A DNA stretch of 64,000 nt, taken from NCBI GenBank assembly GCA_963837025.1, contig CAWILT010000001.1:273155-337154 (forward strand), written 5' to 3'. The notes beneath the pieces are model-generated. The model was given only the letters and a program-made list of their open reading frames with translations, was not told the DNA's origin and did not search any database. Source of the DNA: an uncultured Alphaproteobacteria bacterium. GTDB lineage: Bacteria; Pseudomonadota; Alphaproteobacteria; Rickettsiales; JALZUV01. Below, piece by piece: positions 61,079 to 64,000 of this stretch. Each line of letters begins with the position of its first letter. The stretch's first letter is position 1. A program made the translations under genes and the position numbers.

Positions 61079-61776
61079 TTACTTCATAATAGGACTGACG
61101 TAAGTGCTATGAAGTTCACCTGCCTCGCGAGAAACAGGAATCACAAGCAATATTAATAATGGGCAATTAAGTAGCTCGTTATCTCGATCTCTAATTGCAT
61201 TGAGAGCCTCAATTAATTGATTGAGAAACTCATATTCAAGCTTAGAGCAGAGTTTTTGTAACTCTTTTAAATTTCCAGGAGCATAGTGCAGCCTGCCGTG
61301 AGTCTGCATGGGTAAATGCATGATGATAGGTGCAAAAACTCCTTTTTCTCATCATTATATTCGCGTGAGAATAGGTAATTTTTATCATCATATGCAAAAA
61401 TTGATATAGGTTTATCATAGGTGGGTACAAGTAATTCTATCGGAGTGATAAGATGAAAATCCTCCCCCCCCCAGAAGTAGCGGGTCTAACGGTTGCATGT
61501 CGCCATGCAACTCGCCATAGGCATTTTACGCAACCATCAGCGAATGCGCTCTAAAAAGGATAATGCAGTCCAGCTTCGTCTTGTTTCGTACCAAGGTCCA
61601 TTATAAAGGCATAAATAGCGTGGAATTGATTGTGGTGTCGCGTAAAGATGCGGAACGGCTGGAAAATCATTTCTTAGTAACGCAACGTAAGGAGGGGTAC
61701 TTCTGTTGCTGGAGGTTATGATTGCCAGTTCTTCCGGCGTTTGGATATCATGAATAAGGGGTTTTTGCCCCAACAA
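61079..61776 (-). pseudogene. fragmented ORFs (three frames, no good start); probable decayed gene
   Basis: The track shows 79-, 62- and 80-aa pieces in different frames on the same strand. The first has only a TTG start two codons after a TGA. A G9 tract and a hairpin lie between the pieces. Confidence 0.3.
61464..61472. repeat. homopolymeric C9 (G9 on the coding-sense minus strand) tract
   Basis: cct-ccccccccc-agaag; conspicuous in otherwise AT-rich DNA. Confidence 0.9.
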
Positions 61777-61979
61777 GAATCAATTTTAGTATAAGTCTTT
61801 GATTGCTTACCTTTTCTCAGAATCCATTAGATACGAATCGAAGCTTATATCTACTCCAAATGTAGACAAATCCATCGGAACTGGGCAAATAAACATAAAA
61901 TATTCATTAACAAAAAATTAAATATTATAAACTATCTTAAAATAAATACGGCTAAATTAATTTAGAATAGAGAAAAACT

Positions 61980-62954
61980 ATGTTTGTAGAATCAATGCCA
62001 CTGACAGCAATAGAGAAAGAACAAAAATTTACTAGCGCTGAGTCACTTTTTGCAGCTGATTTAGAAGGTGTAAAAGTTTTAGATATTTCAAATTTAGATT
62101 TAAAACGTCTACCTAAACTTCCAGAAGGCTTAGAGGTTTTAATTATGAAGCATAATCCACAAATTTACGTGGGTGATGGTGAGTTGCCAAATAGCCTTAC
62201 AAAGCTTTTTGCTTGTGCGCGTCCAGGAAGGGATCCATACGCTTCACCTGATGAACCAGTGAGGTATATTCCAACACCGCGACCTGCTCCTCCTCGAAAA
62301 GCAGAGCCTAGTATTACCCCAAAACCGCCAATTATACCCGAAAAAGAAGCTAGTAATCAGGTAAGTGCTGAGGCCTTTGAAAAAAAAGGCTTAGATATTA
62401 CAAAATGGCCAAAAAATCTTGAAATTTGCTATTTATGTGGTGCAAATATTAAAAGGTTACCGCGTGCACTGCCTTCTACAATGCGCGAATTTTTTGTCGA
62501 AAGAACAAATTTGAATGAACTTCCTTTACTTAATGAGGGCCTTCTTCATTTGCGAGTTTCCGGGTCAAAATTAAAAGAAATTCCTAAATTGCCAACGACA
62601 CTAGAGCGCCTTTATGCAGAAGATTGTGGCTTAACTTCGCTTCCTAAAATATCGCATACACATTTAAAAGAATTGTATGCACAAAATAACAAACTTTATG
62701 AAGTTGGGGATTTACCTGAAACAATAGAAGAAATTTATATTGATGGTAATGAGTTAACAGCTTTGCCGAAAATTAGTGACAAACATAACCTACGAGAGCT
62801 TTATGCAAGTAACAATAAAATTACTGAGAAACCCGTTTTACCCAAACAAATTGAAGAAGTTCTATTAAGTAATAACCGTATGCCGGATTTTGAATATGTT
62901 AACAAAAAAGCCAATTTCATAAAAATCCAACCTCAATATTATTCGTTGAATTAG
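61980..62954 (+). CDS. leucine-rich repeat protein (YopM/IpaH LPX-type repeats) with Pro-rich linker
   Basis: 324 aa. Consecutive ~20-22-aa repeats of the form L.ELP.LP..L..L.....N.L (e.g. LKEIPKLPTTLERLYAEDCGLTSLPKISHTHLKELYAQNNKL). The linker is PDEPVRYIPTPRPAPPRKAEPSITPKPPIIPE. Confidence 0.8.
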   Translation: MFVESMPLTAIEKEQKFTSAESLFAADLEGVKVLDISNLDLKRLPKLPEGLEVLIMKHNPQIYVGDGELPNSLTKLFACARPGRDPYASPDEPVRYIPTPRPAPPRKAEPSITPKPPIIPEKEASNQVSAEAFEKKGLDITKWPKNLEICYLCGANIKRLPRALPSTMREFFVERTNLNELPLLNEGLLHLRVSGSKLKEIPKLPTTLERLYAEDCGLTSLPKISHTHLKELYAQNNKLYEVGDLPETIEEIYIDGNELTALPKISDKHNLRELYASNNKITEKPVLPKQIEEVLLSNNRMPDFEYVNKKANFIKIQPQYYSLN

Positions 62955-63031
62955 TGATGTTTAAAAATTCAATTACTTTAACAAATTTGTAATGTTTTTT
63001 TGTTATTATTTATGAAAATGAAAGTGTGACT

Positions 63032-64000
63032 ATGGCTGATCCAATCGAAAACGGTTTATTTAAAAAATCTTATGAAGTGTTGGGTGACTTGCCAGCTTTT
63101 GCGAAGGCTCCTGAAATAGTAAAAGCACTAAAAGAAGGTAAAGGATTCGTATTTAGCTCAGAGACCGGATCTGGTAAAACGTTAACTGTTGCACCGTATT
63201 TAGCTGACTCTTTTGATGGTTTAACCATCGTTATAGTTCCAAAACGTATCCTAGCTCAAAATGCTGCAGAAACAATTGCGAAAATCTCGGGTCTTCAAGT
63301 TGGAAATGAAGTTGGCTATGCGGTTGGAAGTAGAGGTGGTGAAAACATTTCATTATTTAATGATCAAACAAAACTAATATTTACAACACCTGCAATGGCC
63401 ACGGCATCAGGTTTAATAAACGAGGCATCAAACATATTTATTGACGAAGCTCATGAAACGCATTTGACAGTATCAATTGCTAAAGCGTTAATTCACAATC
63501 GTTTATCTAAAGGCCATAAAATCCGATTTGGCGAACTCTCAGCTACAATCGATACGAAAGAAAATGCAAAATACTGGGAAGATCAATCTGAAGTTGCCTT
63601 GTTTCACTCAGAAGGAAAAACTTTTTCATGTAATTTTACTTATCAAGAAGCATATCAAAACTCACATGGATATTCACAGGATAAAGCAAAGGCAGTATTT
63701 GATTTGCTCAAAAAAGGCAAAAAAGGAATTGTAATTTTTGAACCAGGAAAACGTGAAATTGCAAATACAATAAATGCTATAAATGCATTAGCTGAAAAAG
63801 AAGGATTGAAGAATCTTGAGGTAAAATCGATTCATGGACAAACGAGTCAATCAGAACAAAATAGTGCAAAGGCCCCACCTTTAAAAGGAAATGCTAAAAT
63901 TATTGTTGGAACAGATGTAATTGAATCCGGGGTAAATATTCCGTGGTTGGATTCTGGCATTAGTAGTGGGTTAGCACGTATTCCACAATATGATGACTTA
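63032..64000 (+). CDS. DEAH-box (HrpA/HrpB-like) helicase, N-terminal 323 codons; continues past window
   Basis: Absent from the track (no stop in window). My translation from ATG 63032 is MADPIENGLF...SSETGSGKT (motif I)...FIDEAHE (motif II DEAH)...LSATID (motif III)...VGTDVIESGVNIP (motif V), open to position 64000. Confidence 0.75.
   Translation, partial: MADPIENGLFKKSYEVLGDLPAFAKAPEIVKALKEGKGFVFSSETGSGKTLTVAPYLADSFDGLTIVIVPKRILAQNAAETIAKISGLQVGNEVGYAVGSRGGENISLFNDQTKLIFTTPAMATASGLINEASNIFIDEAHETHLTVSIAKALIHNRLSKGHKIRFGELSATIDTKENAKYWEDQSEVALFHSEGKTFSCNFTYQEAYQNSHGYSQDKAKAVFDLLKKGKKGIVIFEPGKREIANTINAINALAEKEGLKNLEVKSIHGQTSQSEQNSAKAPPLKGNAKIIVGTDVIESGVNIPWLDSGISSGLARIPQYDDL

Larger units (their letters stand above)
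57422..64000. other. accessory region (probable decayed genomic island) downstream of tRNA-Ser; right boundary outside window
   Basis: There is an abrupt switch from core genes to recombinase remnant, CBASS, fragmented ORFs, an LRR protein and a helicase. No repeat of the tRNA 3' end is seen within the window. Confidence 0.55.

Overview
This is a chromosomal window from an AT-rich proteobacterium. The gene order (mutM next to ubiE-ubiB-coaBC-dut, rpsT-dnaA-dnaN-recF, glnE, anmK, and a complete iscR-nifS-iscS-iscU-iscA-hscB-hscA-fdx cluster) suggests an alphaproteobacterium. Its LRR and Asn/Ile-rich proteins suggest a host-associated lifestyle; both points are inference. About 80% of the window is ordinary housekeeping DNA: nitrogen control (glnE, glnB-glnA), Fe-S assembly, cysteine synthesis, polA, hemB, tyrS, ubiquinone and CoA genes, and the dnaA region. 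Two accessory regions sit next to tRNA genes. (1) An integrative element of about 8.6 kb (27923-36577) lies in the initiator tRNA-fMet gene and is bounded by a perfect 46-bp direct repeat. It carries a tyrosine integrase, an excisionase-like HTH protein and a PrimPol/D5-type primase-helicase, but no virion genes. It also carries two uncharacterised cargo modules. One is a tightly coupled 378-aa + 165-aa gene pair between the integrase and the tRNA. The other is a partial copy of the element's own PrimPol-PriCT module fused to two TM helices and a glycine-zipper C-terminal domain. These two modules are my best candidates for an undescribed system, possibly anti-phage or abortive infection. (2) Downstream of tRNA-Ser(GGA), and running off the window, is a second island. 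It holds a decayed recombinase remnant, a two-gene type I CBASS (patatin CapV + SMODS-type CD-NTase with a C-terminal extension), fragmented ORFs with a G9 tract, a YopM/IpaH-style LRR protein and a DEAH helicase. No CRISPR array, rRNA or IS element was seen. All functional calls come from reading motifs in the translations; no database search was possible.
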